A stretch of DNA of 64,000 nt, from the NCBI GenBank assembly GCA_905182415.1, contig CAJJBK010000003.1:36640-100639 (forward strand), given 5' to 3'. This DNA is from an uncultured Woeseiaceae bacterium. GTDB taxonomy: Bacteria; Pseudomonadota; Gammaproteobacteria; Steroidobacterales; Woeseiaceae. Below, piece by piece: positions 13,432 through 22,314 of this stretch. Within the stretch, counting starts at the first letter, position 1. Each line of letters opens with the position of its first letter. The notes below the pieces were generated by a model. The model was not told the origin of the DNA, searched no databases, and was given only the letters and a program-made list of their open reading frames with translations. The position numbers and the translations under genes are program-made.

Positions 13432-13920
13432 TCAGTGAGTAGTTTCCGAGTTATTTTCATCTTTTGAATCAGCCGGGTTTGAAGTCGCTCTTTTTTTTGA
13501 TTCGTTATAAAGAGCATCGAAGTTTATTGGCTGTAACAAAAACTCAGGAAAACCTCCTTTCGCTATGATATTGGCGATTGACTCACGAGCATAAGGAAAA
13601 AGAGTATTTGGGCAAAATATACCAATAATTGTTTCAAGTTCCTCTTTTTCGTAACCGCTTATTTGAAAAAGCCCAGCCTGCTTTAACTCAACTAGAAATA
13701 TAACATTATCATCATCTTTTGCTTCAACAGTAATGGTTAAAATTACTTCATGAGTATCATCTTCGAACGGAACATGACTACTGCTTAAATTAAGGTCAGT
13801 TTTTGGATTCCATTCCCCGCCCTTGAATACACTCGGTGTATTTGGCGACTCAAAGGAGGCATCCTTTATATATAATTTTTGGATAATAATTTGTTTTATG
13901 GGAGCTTCTGCTTCTGCCAT
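13432..13920 (-). CDS. secB: Protein-export chaperone SecB
   Basis: 162 aa. IQKLYIKDASFESPN and an acidic C-terminus. Synteny with grxC and gpsA. Confidence 0.92.
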   Translation of the reverse strand: MAEAEAPIKQIIIQKLYIKDASFESPNTPSVFKGGEWNPKTDLNLSSSHVPFEDDTHEVILTITVEAKDDDNVIFLVELKQAGLFQISGYEKEELETIIGIFCPNTLFPYARESIANIIAKGGFPEFLLQPINFDALYNESKKRATSNPADSKDENNSETTH

Positions 13921-13947
13921 TTCAAGTTCCTTTTTTTTGGGTAATAA

Positions 13948-14208
13948 TTAATTTAAAAGTTTACTGAGTTCATTGTTACTATCGAGGAGGGCTAGATCGT
14001 CAAAACCTCCAATAGCCATATTATTTATAAAGATTTGAGGCACTGTGTTGTTACCGCTTAGTTTTTCCATCTCTTTCCATGCGGCGTCATTTTTGCTTGT
14101 GTGAATTTCCTTGTAAGCTATTTCTTTACTGTCTAGTAAGTCTTTTGCAGCAACGCAATATGGACAATACCCGGCAGTATAGATTACTACTTTATCTTTA
14201 ATAGCCAC
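13948..14208 (-). CDS. grxC: Glutaredoxin 3
   Basis: 86 aa with the CPYC active site. Synteny. Confidence 0.9.
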   Translation of the reverse strand: MAIKDKVVIYTAGYCPYCVAAKDLLDSKEIAYKEIHTSKNDAAWKEMEKLSGNNTVPQIFINNMAIGGFDDLALLDSNNELSKLLN

Positions 14209-14209
14209 T

Positions 14210-14638
14210 TTATTTTTTCTTTTTAGTAATTAATGGCATATTAGCTTCTGTCCAGCCCGCGATTCCTCCGCTTATACCATAGACGTTTTCTTGACCCGAT
14301 GCCCTGAGTGTATTTACCGCTTTACTAGAGTCATTACCGGTGTCACAAATAATTATTATGGATCGATTTTTAATTTTTTTTAATTTTTCTTTCTGGCCAT
14401 TGAGCTGATCGAGCGTCATATTTTTTGCGTTGACTATATGTCCAGTTTTGAATGCTTCTGGAGATCGTATATCTATAAGATTAGCCCCAGCATTCATTAA
14501 ATTAACTGCTTTAAAAGGATCAATATTAGCAATATTTTGTTGCTTTATTTTTAACTCATTGAAAACCAATAAAAGGAAGCTCAGTATTAAACCAAAACTT
14601 AGGACGAGATGATCGCTTATAAATTCGTAGATATTCAT
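14210..14638 (-). CDS. Rhodanese-domain membrane protein (YibN-like)
   Basis: 142 aa. N-terminal TM helix, and a rhodanese core with the active-site loop CDTGNDS. Occupies the E. coli yibN position. Confidence 0.8.
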   Translation of the reverse strand: MNIYEFISDHLVLSFGLILSFLLLVFNELKIKQQNIANIDPFKAVNLMNAGANLIDIRSPEAFKTGHIVNAKNMTLDQLNGQKEKLKKIKNRSIIIICDTGNDSSKAVNTLRASGQENVYGISGGIAGWTEANMPLITKKKK

Positions 14639-14748
14639 ATTTTATAATATTTTTTGTTTATTTTATGACATCATTGTCTTAAGAATTGCAGTATACAGCT
14701 CTTTTAATCTAAAAGTGATTGAAATTTATTAATTAAAATTCGTCTCTC

Positions 14749-15996
14749 TTGATAATTACCCTAAGAAGTTATTTAAATATGACAATAAAAGAACGAAGCT
14801 TACTGACTATTATTATAAGTATTATTCTAAGTTTAATTTTAATTTTAAGTAATAATTTTTTCCCCTCTTATTATACTAAGCAAAAAATATATACAGCCCC
14901 TTCATTATTTAATGAAATCATCACACAGATCGAATCAGAATATATCGATAAAGTTGATTATGATATTTTGATTAATAGCGCTATTACAGGAGTTTTAACT
15001 GATCTGGATGAATATTCTGAAATATTGAACGATGAAGATTACCGTCAAGTTCGGAATTCAGCAGAGGGAGTTTATTCAGGAATTGGTGTTACTCTATATC
15101 AGAATGCCGACCATACTAAGATTGCTCATGTTATAAAGAACTCGGTGGCATTTTATGCGGGCATTGAAGTTGATGATGAAATTATTGAAATTGATAGTGA
15201 GCGTATAGCAACCAGTAATTTATCTGATATTTCGCAGCAACTTGATGGAAAAATTGGTTCAAAAGTTATTCTATTAGTAAAAAAATTGAGTACTAACAAA
15301 CTTACTCAAATAAATTTGGTACGAGAGCAGATATCTATTCCAAGTGTATATTCAGAAATGCTGGCTTCGAGCTATTGTTATATCAAACTTGATAAGTTCA
15401 ATAATCAAACAAAAACAGAAATAACGCGAATCATAAGCAATAATTGCCTTCCTGTTAGGATATCTAATTCTTCTATTAAAGGCTTGATTGTCGATATTCG
15501 TAATAATCCAGGAGGGACACTGGAAAGCGCTGTGGATGTATCTGATCTTTTTTTAGATAGGGGAATTATTGTGTCGGCAAAAGGACGTAACAATGATTTA
15601 ATGTTCATTCATTCGGCTAATAAAACTGATATTTTAGAAGGCTTACCCATTGCCATAATTGTTAATAAATATTCTGCATCGGCGTCTGAGATTTTTGCAG
15701 GAGCCTTACAAGATAACAATCGTGCCATCGTAGTTGGCACCGCAACTTATGGCAAAGGATCGATACAATCGGTAATTCCTTTGTCTGACGGTGGTGCAAT
15801 AAAATTAACAACTGCGCGTTATATTAGGCCCTCAGGTGCGCCAATAAATAAACTAGGCATTAGACCTGATATATTGGTTAAGAGTACCAATATTGAGAAA
15901 TATTTATCTGTTAAGAAAAAAAATGATCGTAATAATGATATCCAATTGTCTGAGGCAATAAATGCATTAAATCGTAACATCAATTACTATCATTAA
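14749..15996 (+). CDS. S41 family C-terminal processing peptidase, membrane-anchored
   Basis: 415 aa from TTG 14749 (an alternative ATG is at 14779). TM helix and PDZ-like region. Catalytic Ser context SASASEI and Lys context TYGKGS. Confidence 0.88.
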   Translation: MIITLRSYLNMTIKERSLLTIIISIILSLILILSNNFFPSYYTKQKIYTAPSLFNEIITQIESEYIDKVDYDILINSAITGVLTDLDEYSEILNDEDYRQVRNSAEGVYSGIGVTLYQNADHTKIAHVIKNSVAFYAGIEVDDEIIEIDSERIATSNLSDISQQLDGKIGSKVILLVKKLSTNKLTQINLVREQISIPSVYSEMLASSYCYIKLDKFNNQTKTEITRIISNNCLPVRISNSSIKGLIVDIRNNPGGTLESAVDVSDLFLDRGIIVSAKGRNNDLMFIHSANKTDILEGLPIAIIVNKYSASASEIFAGALQDNNRAIVVGTATYGKGSIQSVIPLSDGGAIKLTTARYIRPSGAPINKLGIRPDILVKSTNIEKYLSVKKKNDRNNDIQLSEAINALNRNINYYH

Positions 15997-16000
15997 TTGT

Positions 16001-16618
16001 ATGAGTATTTATCAAGAAAAAGTGCTTCCTTATTTAGTTGATTTGGTTTGTTCCTCAAAATCAGCAAGTAAACAAAGAAAAAAAGTTGTGCCTTATGCTG
16101 AGGGTGAGGTACTTGAGGTAGGTGTGGGCTCAGGACTAAATTTTCCATTTTATGATGTTCAAAAAATAACCAAAATATGGGCATTAGAACCATCTAAAGG
16201 AATGCAAGTTTTAGCAAAAAAAGCACCAAGAGACCCATGCTTGAATATCGAATTTATAACATTATCTAGCGAGGAGCTTCCCTTTGATGAAGCTAGTATT
16301 GATACTATTGTAATCACCTATGTTCTCTGTACGATCCCAGATGTTCGCATAGCATTGCAACAGATGTTTAAAGTGCTAAAGCCAGGCGGTAAATTATTAT
16401 TCTCAGAGCATGGTAGAGCCCCAGATGCGAATATCAAGTTTTTACAAAATTTAGTAAATCCTTTTTGGCGAAGAGTGGCGGGAGGGTGTAACCTAAATCG
16501 TCATATACCTAATTTATTAAAAGAAGCAGGATTTATTTTGCAAAAAGATGAGCGAATGTATCTTCCAGGGTTTAGATTTTTTTCCTATAATTATTGGGGC
16601 ACGGCGGTTAAAAGTTAA
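16001..16618 (+). CDS. Class I SAM-dependent methyltransferase (Methyltransf_11-like)
   Basis: 205 aa. SAM motif I LEVGVGSGLN, and later LKPGGKLLFSEHG. Substrate not inferable. Confidence 0.75.
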   Translation: MSIYQEKVLPYLVDLVCSSKSASKQRKKVVPYAEGEVLEVGVGSGLNFPFYDVQKITKIWALEPSKGMQVLAKKAPRDPCLNIEFITLSSEELPFDEASIDTIVITYVLCTIPDVRIALQQMFKVLKPGGKLLFSEHGRAPDANIKFLQNLVNPFWRRVAGGCNLNRHIPNLLKEAGFILQKDERMYLPGFRFFSYNYWGTAVKS

Positions 16619-16621
16619 TTT

Positions 16622-17428
16622 ATGTTTAAGTATATATTTATTTTTCTTCTAATAATTTTTTCATTCAATAGTCTAGCTCAAGATGAAAAAACCAACATTC
16701 AAATACAGTGCAAAAAAGATTTTCAACCAGTTTGTGGCATCGATGGGAATACTTTTGTCAATGTATGTTTTGCTAATGTAACAGCAATAGAAATAGATTA
16801 TTTAGGCGTATGCAAGGACCCTTCAATTTCTTGTTCAGAAGAATATGCACCTGTTTGTGGCGTCGATAACAAAACCTATAATAATGCCTGCCTAGCAGTT
16901 TCAGTAGGTATTGAGATAGTTGAACCATTTGCATGTCCAGGGCAAGATGCATGTAAAAATACATATGAACCTGTTTGTGGAATAAATGGACAGACCTATA
17001 GAAATCGTTGTGAAGCCGGTCAAGATAAAATGCAACTACAGAATCTAGGGGTGTGTGATATTAATTCCTGTCCTAAAATAATAGCCCCTGTTTGCGCTCA
17101 AAATACAACCTACAATAATGCCTGTATGGCTGAATCTTCAGGGTATGAAAAATTTACACAAGGCGCATGTAACACACGTTCTTGCACCGGAATATATGCT
17201 CCAGTATGCAGTGATAATAATAAAACATTTTTAAATGCATGCGTGGCTGAAAGAGCAGAAGAAAGAATTATGCACGCTGGTTTATGTGAGGAGCAAGGCA
17301 AAAATTGTTCCAATGAATATATTCCAGTTTGCGGTGTCGATAAAAAAACTTATGAGAATCGTTGTTTTCTCGACAATGCCAAAATAAAACTCGCCTATGC
17401 TGGAGTTTGTTTGGGGCAAGCCCAATAA
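16622..17428 (+). CDS. Secreted protein with six tandem Kazal-like serine protease inhibitor modules
   Basis: 268 aa. Signal peptide MFKYIFIFLLIIFSFNSLA followed by six repeats of C-x7-C-x5/6-[YF]-x3-C-x13/14-C with a PVCG-x-D/N-x-KT[YF]-x-N-x-C core. 24 Cys in total. Confidence 0.75.
   Translation: MFKYIFIFLLIIFSFNSLAQDEKTNIQIQCKKDFQPVCGIDGNTFVNVCFANVTAIEIDYLGVCKDPSISCSEEYAPVCGVDNKTYNNACLAVSVGIEIVEPFACPGQDACKNTYEPVCGINGQTYRNRCEAGQDKMQLQNLGVCDINSCPKIIAPVCAQNTTYNNACMAESSGYEKFTQGACNTRSCTGIYAPVCSDNNKTFLNACVAERAEERIMHAGLCEEQGKNCSNEYIPVCGVDKKTYENRCFLDNAKIKLAYAGVCLGQAQ
16709..17410 (+). repeat. Six intragenic tandem repeats (38-41 codons each) encoding the Kazal-like modules
   Basis: The modules span Cys30-Cys64, 71-105, 111-145, 150-183, 188-222 and 229-263. 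The DNA core cc(t/a)gt(t/a)tg(t/c)gg recurs in each. Confidence 0.85.
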
Positions 17429-17508
17429 CAGTATTGCTTTAGATGAGGTGGTAGATGAAAAGAGAAATCTGTATCAGCTTAAAATATTAGTGATTGGAAA
17501 AGTTCGAA

Positions 17509-18969
17509 TTATTCAGCATTGCCCATGAGTTTTTGAAGTGGTTTGCTAATAATTAATAAGATAATTCCAGCACCAGCTGAGGTCAATACGATGTTTAAAT
17601 ACTGATCAGGAAAGCTAGTTATATCATTTGCATTAAATTCACCGGCAATGCGTCCAGCTATGAGATTTCCTAAAGCGGAGGCAACAAACCAGATGCCCAT
17701 CATTTGTCCAACAAAGCGTTTGGGTGCGAGCTTAGTTGTAACAGATAGCCCTACTGGGGATAGCGCCAACTCACCAAAAGTATGAAATAAATAAGTTAAT
17801 AATAACCATGTAGGCATGGCCTGACTACCGCTGGCAACAATAGAGGAAGCTATAACCATCATAAAGAATCCGAGTGCCAAGAATAATAAACCAATTGCAA
17901 ATTTAGTAGGAGTGGATGGATTTAGATTTTTTTTTGCGAGCCAAATCCACATATAAGCGAACATAGGAGCAAAGATAATTATAAAAATAGAATTGATTGA
18001 CTGAAACCACGATGAATAAAGAGTAATCCAGCCAAACTCGAGCTTTATATATCGACTCGCAAATAAATTTAAAGATGAACCTGCTTGTTCAAAACCAGCC
18101 CAGAACATTGCTGCACCGAGAAAAAGCGCTATTATTACCCATACACGATTGCGTTCTTGGGAGTTTAGTTTGCCTAATAGCAGAATGTAGGTGAAAAAAC
18201 CAAAAGCGGCAAATAATATAATATAAGTAGTTACTTCTGAAATTTTTATAAAATTAATATTTTCAATATTAATACGTGAAAACCAGAATGATCCTAGGCT
18301 TAAAATTAAGCAAATAGAAATTAAAATCCATTTTTGTTGGCTATTGATATTAACGGATTGTGAGCCTGCTATTCCGAGATAATGTCTCGTTTTCCAAAAT
18401 TGAATGACGCCAAATAACATGCCAATACCAGCAACTGCAAAACCATAATGCCATCCATAATTTTGATTTTGAGCTAAAGCGCCGCATATTATTGGGCCAA
18501 GCATCCCACCTAAATTAATTCCCATATAAAAAATTGAAAAGCCAGCATCTCTTCTATGGTCGCCTGGAGAGTATAGGGCACCAAGAATTGCGCTGATATT
18601 CGGCTTTAGAAGCCCTGTACCCAAAATCACCAAGAGTAAGCCTAAAAAAAAAGTATTTATCGATGGGATAGCAAGCACAAAATGCCCACACATAATAATA
18701 ATTCCACCGGCTAAGATAGCTGATTGAGCGCCAATTATACGATCAGCAATCCATCCACCTGGTAATGCAACCAAATAGACAAGTGCGGTATAGATACCAT
18801 AAATTGCTGTTGCATCTGCATCGGTCATACCCATACCGCCGTTAATGACTTGATCGGTCATGAATAATACGAGTAAAGCTCTCATCCCGTAATAGCTTAA
18901 TCTTTCCCACATTTCAGTGAAAAAGAGAGTTACTAATCCTTTAGGATGCCCAAAAACGGTGTCATTCAT
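17509..18969 (-). CDS. Proton-dependent oligopeptide transporter (POT/PTR2 family)
   Basis: 486 aa, polytopic. PTR2 signatures ERLSYYGMRALLVLFM and GGWIADR. Confidence 0.9.
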   Translation of the reverse strand: MNDTVFGHPKGLVTLFFTEMWERLSYYGMRALLVLFMTDQVINGGMGMTDADATAIYGIYTALVYLVALPGGWIADRIIGAQSAILAGGIIIMCGHFVLAIPSINTFFLGLLLVILGTGLLKPNISAILGALYSPGDHRRDAGFSIFYMGINLGGMLGPIICGALAQNQNYGWHYGFAVAGIGMLFGVIQFWKTRHYLGIAGSQSVNINSQQKWILISICLILSLGSFWFSRINIENINFIKISEVTTYIILFAAFGFFTYILLLGKLNSQERNRVWVIIALFLGAAMFWAGFEQAGSSLNLFASRYIKLEFGWITLYSSWFQSINSIFIIIFAPMFAYMWIWLAKKNLNPSTPTKFAIGLLFLALGFFMMVIASSIVASGSQAMPTWLLLTYLFHTFGELALSPVGLSVTTKLAPKRFVGQMMGIWFVASALGNLIAGRIAGEFNANDITSFPDQYLNIVLTSAGAGIILLIISKPLQKLMGNAE

Positions 18970-19014
18970 GATTGGTGGCTTGATGATATAGTAGTTAAGG
19001 CTTTAAATATGACG

Positions 19015-19767
19015 TTAATCATCGTCAGTGGATTTCTTTATGACAAATACCTTCGCCATAATAATACCTAATTCATATAAGAGATAAACCGGAACAGCCA
19101 ATAATGTTTGACTGATGACATCAGGTGGAGTCAAAAACATGCCAGCTATAAATGCCATTAAAAACACATATGGCCGAGCTTTTCCAAGTTTTTTGGTATC
19201 GGTCAAGCCCGCCCAAACTACGAGTACCGTTGCAATAGGGACTTCAAAAGCAATGCCAAACGCAAATACAATGGTAGTGATAAAATCTAAAAACTGAGCA
19301 ATATCTGTTTGAACCTCTACACCCTCTGGAGCTACAGAAGCAAAAAAACTAAACATCAAAGGAAATACGACAAAATATGCAAATGAAATACCAAGATAGA
19401 ATAAAACGACGCTTGTCATAAATAAAGGTACCGCAAATCGCTTTTCATTTTTATAAAGCCCTGGCGCTATAAATGTCCATATTTGAAACAAAACTATAGG
19501 CATGACTATAAACAAAGCAGCAAAAAAGGTTAACTTAAAAGGTGTTAAGAGGGGCGAGGCTACCGCAGTTGCAATCATTGCATTGCCAGGAAGAACCTCC
19601 CGCAGCGGTTCTGAAACTACCGTAAAAATATCTCTAGAGAAAGGAAGCATACAAATGAAAACAACAACAACTGATATTGCAATTATCAGCAGCCTACTTC
19701 TCAGTTCGATTAGATGGGACAGTAAAGTACCTTCGGCTAATTCCTCTTCTTCAGATTTATTATTCAT
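19015..19767 (-). CDS. tatC: Twin-arginine translocase subunit TatC
   Basis: 250 aa with six predicted TM segments. HLIELRSRLL N-terminal motif. tatA-tatB-tatC order. Confidence 0.93.
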   Translation of the reverse strand: MNNKSEEEELAEGTLLSHLIELRSRLLIIAISVVVVFICMLPFSRDIFTVVSEPLREVLPGNAMIATAVASPLLTPFKLTFFAALFIVMPIVLFQIWTFIAPGLYKNEKRFAVPLFMTSVVLFYLGISFAYFVVFPLMFSFFASVAPEGVEVQTDIAQFLDFITTIVFAFGIAFEVPIATVLVVWAGLTDTKKLGKARPYVFLMAFIAGMFLTPPDVISQTLLAVPVYLLYELGIIMAKVFVIKKSTDDD

Positions 19768-19782
19768 TATATTTAAATTAAG

Positions 19783-20109
19783 TTAGGAATTATTTTCGTT
19801 TGAAGGCTCAGCAGGTTCAGGCGAAGATATTGAATCCGGGTCTTCAGGCCTATCGTTATAGTCAGGACTATTATTAACAAATTGCGGTCTTGCTATATCT
19901 TCTGGCGGAAAATTAGATGATTTCTGATCTAAAGGATCGCTAAGATCAATTTCTTCCTCTAGTTGTCTGCGCATGACCCTGGTCATTCTTTTGGCCTGAC
20001 CTATCCATTCGCCCAATTGATTTGCCACTTGTGGAAGGCGTTTTGGACCCAGGACAATAAGACCAATAAGGGACAGAATAATTAATTCCCAAAAACCAAT
20101 ACCAGACAT
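19783..20109 (-). CDS. tatB: Twin-arginine translocase subunit TatB
   Basis: 108 aa. N-terminal TM helix followed by GPKRLP, an amphipathic helix and an acidic, Pro-rich tail. Confidence 0.85.
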   Translation of the reverse strand: MSGIGFWELIILSLIGLIVLGPKRLPQVANQLGEWIGQAKRMTRVMRRQLEEEIDLSDPLDQKSSNFPPEDIARPQFVNNSPDYNDRPEDPDSISSPEPAEPSNENNS

Positions 20110-20137
20110 AGCAATCCTTTATTTTAGTTATGAATGG

Positions 20138-20371
20138 TTATTTTTGTTCTTCGGGTTGTGTGGTTTTGGCCGAAGAAAAATCAGTAGATTCAGTAGACTC
20201 ATTAGTTTCAATTTCAGCAGGCTCTTTGTCGGCCTCACTAACGGCTGACCTAAAACCCTTAACCGCACTGCCTAAATCTGAGCCGAGTGTTCTTAGTCGC
20301 TTGGTGCCAAATATGGCTAATACAATTGCAAGAACAATTAGTAATTGAAACGGTCCGATGTTTGATAACAT
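20138..20371 (-). CDS. tatA: Twin-arginine translocase subunit TatA
   Basis: 77 aa. Has the TatA hallmark [17 protein letters not shown]. Confidence 0.88.
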   Translation of the reverse strand: MLSNIGPFQLLIVLAIVLAIFGTKRLRTLGSDLGSAVKGFRSAVSEADKEPAEIETNESTESTDFSSAKTTQPEEQK

Positions 20372-20487
20372 CTTTAATACTCCTAATTATTTTAATTTAT
20401 AATAAGTTTAGTATAACAATTTATTATAATTAATGAATATATTGCTTTTTGTAATGACAATATGCAAAAGAATTTAATATATATTTG

Positions 20488-20928
20488 TTATTTAACTTGT
20501 AACCAAAAAGTTACTGGACCGTCGTTAACAAGGGTGATTTGCATATTCGCACCAAATACTCCGTGCTGAGTATTTATATATTGATTTGAGATGCAATCAA
20601 TGAATTTTAAAAATAGTTGTTTACCTTTAATAGGGTCTGCTGCATTAGAAAAACTAGGCCTGTTTCCAGTATTGGTATTTGCGGCTAACGTAAACTGAGG
20701 AACAATTAAGAGATCAAAATTTTTATCTCGAACACTTTTATTCATTTTTTCATCACAATCAGAGAAAATTCGATAATTAAGAACTCGTTTAGTCATCCTT
20801 GTAACTTGATTTTCTGAGTCACTCTTTTCGAAGGCAATAAAAACAAGTATCCCTTCTTGAATGGCTGCAATATGATCTCCTTCAATATTTATGGATGATG
20901 TTTTTACACGCTGTAGCAATGCAATAAT
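20488..20928 (-). CDS. dtd: D-aminoacyl-tRNA deacylase
   Basis: Motifs LLQRV, PQFTLAANT..GNRPSF and NDGPVTF. The ORF track starts at TTG 20919. The end at 20928 assumes an ATT start that matches the E. coli MIALIQRV N-terminus (see findings). Confidence 0.88.
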   Translation of the reverse strand: MIALLQRVKTSSINIEGDHIAAIQEGILVFIAFEKSDSENQVTRMTKRVLNYRIFSDCDEKMNKSVRDKNFDLLIVPQFTLAANTNTGNRPSFSNAADPIKGKQLFLKFIDCISNQYINTQHGVFGANMQITLVNDGPVTFWLQVK

Positions 20929-21045
20929 AAGCTTCTCCAGATCGTTTTTACTAATTAATTAGGTTAAATGATATTTGTACTTTTATTCAACTATTTTATT
21001 ATGTTTTTACTGTGAAGGTCATTTATGACTTAAAATTGATTAAAT

Positions 21046-21080
21046 TTACCACATTGATTATTTTTATAGTTATGTGGTAA
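21046..21080. promoter_or_regulatory. Inverted repeat TTACCACAT-N17-ATGTGGTAA in the dtd/TRAP divergent spacer (possible operator)
   Basis: Perfect 9-bp arms at 21046-21054 and 21072-21080, about 120 nt upstream of the TRAP binding-protein gene. Confidence 0.3.
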
Positions 21081-21201
21081 TAAATTTCCAGATTAATTAT
21101 TAAATTGATTAATTGTGGGATTATATTAAATTAAAAGATTTCAGTTGCACTAAATTGGTGACACATTAAACTCTTTACTCGACTTCATAAGGATAATTTA
21201 A

Positions 21202-22314
21202 ATGAAAAGACGTGAATTTGTAACCGGCGTGGCATTAGCTGCAGGGGCTTCTGCATGTAGTGAAGAGCAAACTGAAACAAATAAGCTTGTTACAAATGAT
21301 AAAGTATTTAAATGGAATATGGCTACTTCATGGCCGCCTCATCTTCCAGGGTTAGGTGTGGGCGCAGATAATTTAGCTAAAAACATTGAAAAAGCAAGCA
21401 ATGGTAGATTAAAAATCAAAGTGTATGCCGGTGGTGAGTTAGTGCCCCCATTAGAGGTTTTTGATGCGGTGAGTCAGGGTACGGTTCAAATGGGACATGA
21501 TTCCTCTTATTATCATCGTGGTAAATTACCAGCTGCACCTTATTTTACTACGATTCCTTTTGGATTGAATGTTAATGAAATGAACGCTTGGCTGTATTTT
21601 GGTGGCGGACTTGAATTATGGCAAAAATGTTACCGCCCTTTTAATCTCGTTCCATTTCCTGTTGGAAATACTGGCGTTCAAATGCTTGGTTGGTTTAATA
21701 GAGAAATAAATGAATTGGATGATATTGTTGGACTTAAAATAAGAATGCCAGGTCTTGGTGGGGAGATTATGCAAAGAGCAGGAGCAATACAGGTCACTAT
21801 GGCCGGATCTGAAATATTTACTTCACTGCAAACTGGGGCAATCGACGCTGCTGAATGGGTCGGTCCTTATAATGATGTTTCTTTAGGTCTCCATAAAGCA
21901 GCAAAGTATTATTATTATCCCGGCTTTCATGAGCCTGGCCCCAATATAGAATGTATAGTCAATCAAAGTGCTTGGGATTCCTTGCCAGCTGATTTGCAGC
22001 AAATTGTGAATATCGCCTGTCAGGGCGCTAACTTAAATATGACATCAGAATATATGTGGGGAAATGCTGTGGCATTAGAGCAACTGACGCATGATCCAAA
22101 CATTGAGCTTAAGCAAATTCCTCAAATAATATTTGATACTTTGAAGTTGCATACCGAGGATGCTATTAAAGATTTAGTAGCAAAAGATGCTATGTCAAAA
22201 GAAATTGAGGATTCAATAAGTAAATTTATGAAGATTTCATCAGCAAATCAGAGTATTACTGAGCTTGCCTACTTAAGGATGCGTATTGGAGATAAAGAAA
22301 TTGAGGATAGGTAG
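21202..22314 (+). CDS. TRAP transporter substrate-binding protein (DctP type, family 7)
   Basis: 370 aa. Twin-arginine-like signal MKRREFVTGVALAAGASAC. I recognise the overall DctP-family sequence, and the membrane components are adjacent. Confidence 0.85.
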   Translation: MKRREFVTGVALAAGASACSEEQTETNKLVTNDKVFKWNMATSWPPHLPGLGVGADNLAKNIEKASNGRLKIKVYAGGELVPPLEVFDAVSQGTVQMGHDSSYYHRGKLPAAPYFTTIPFGLNVNEMNAWLYFGGGLELWQKCYRPFNLVPFPVGNTGVQMLGWFNREINELDDIVGLKIRMPGLGGEIMQRAGAIQVTMAGSEIFTSLQTGAIDAAEWVGPYNDVSLGLHKAAKYYYYPGFHEPGPNIECIVNQSAWDSLPADLQQIVNIACQGANLNMTSEYMWGNAVALEQLTHDPNIELKQIPQIIFDTLKLHTEDAIKDLVAKDAMSKEIEDSISKFMKISSANQSITELAYLRMRIGDKEIEDR

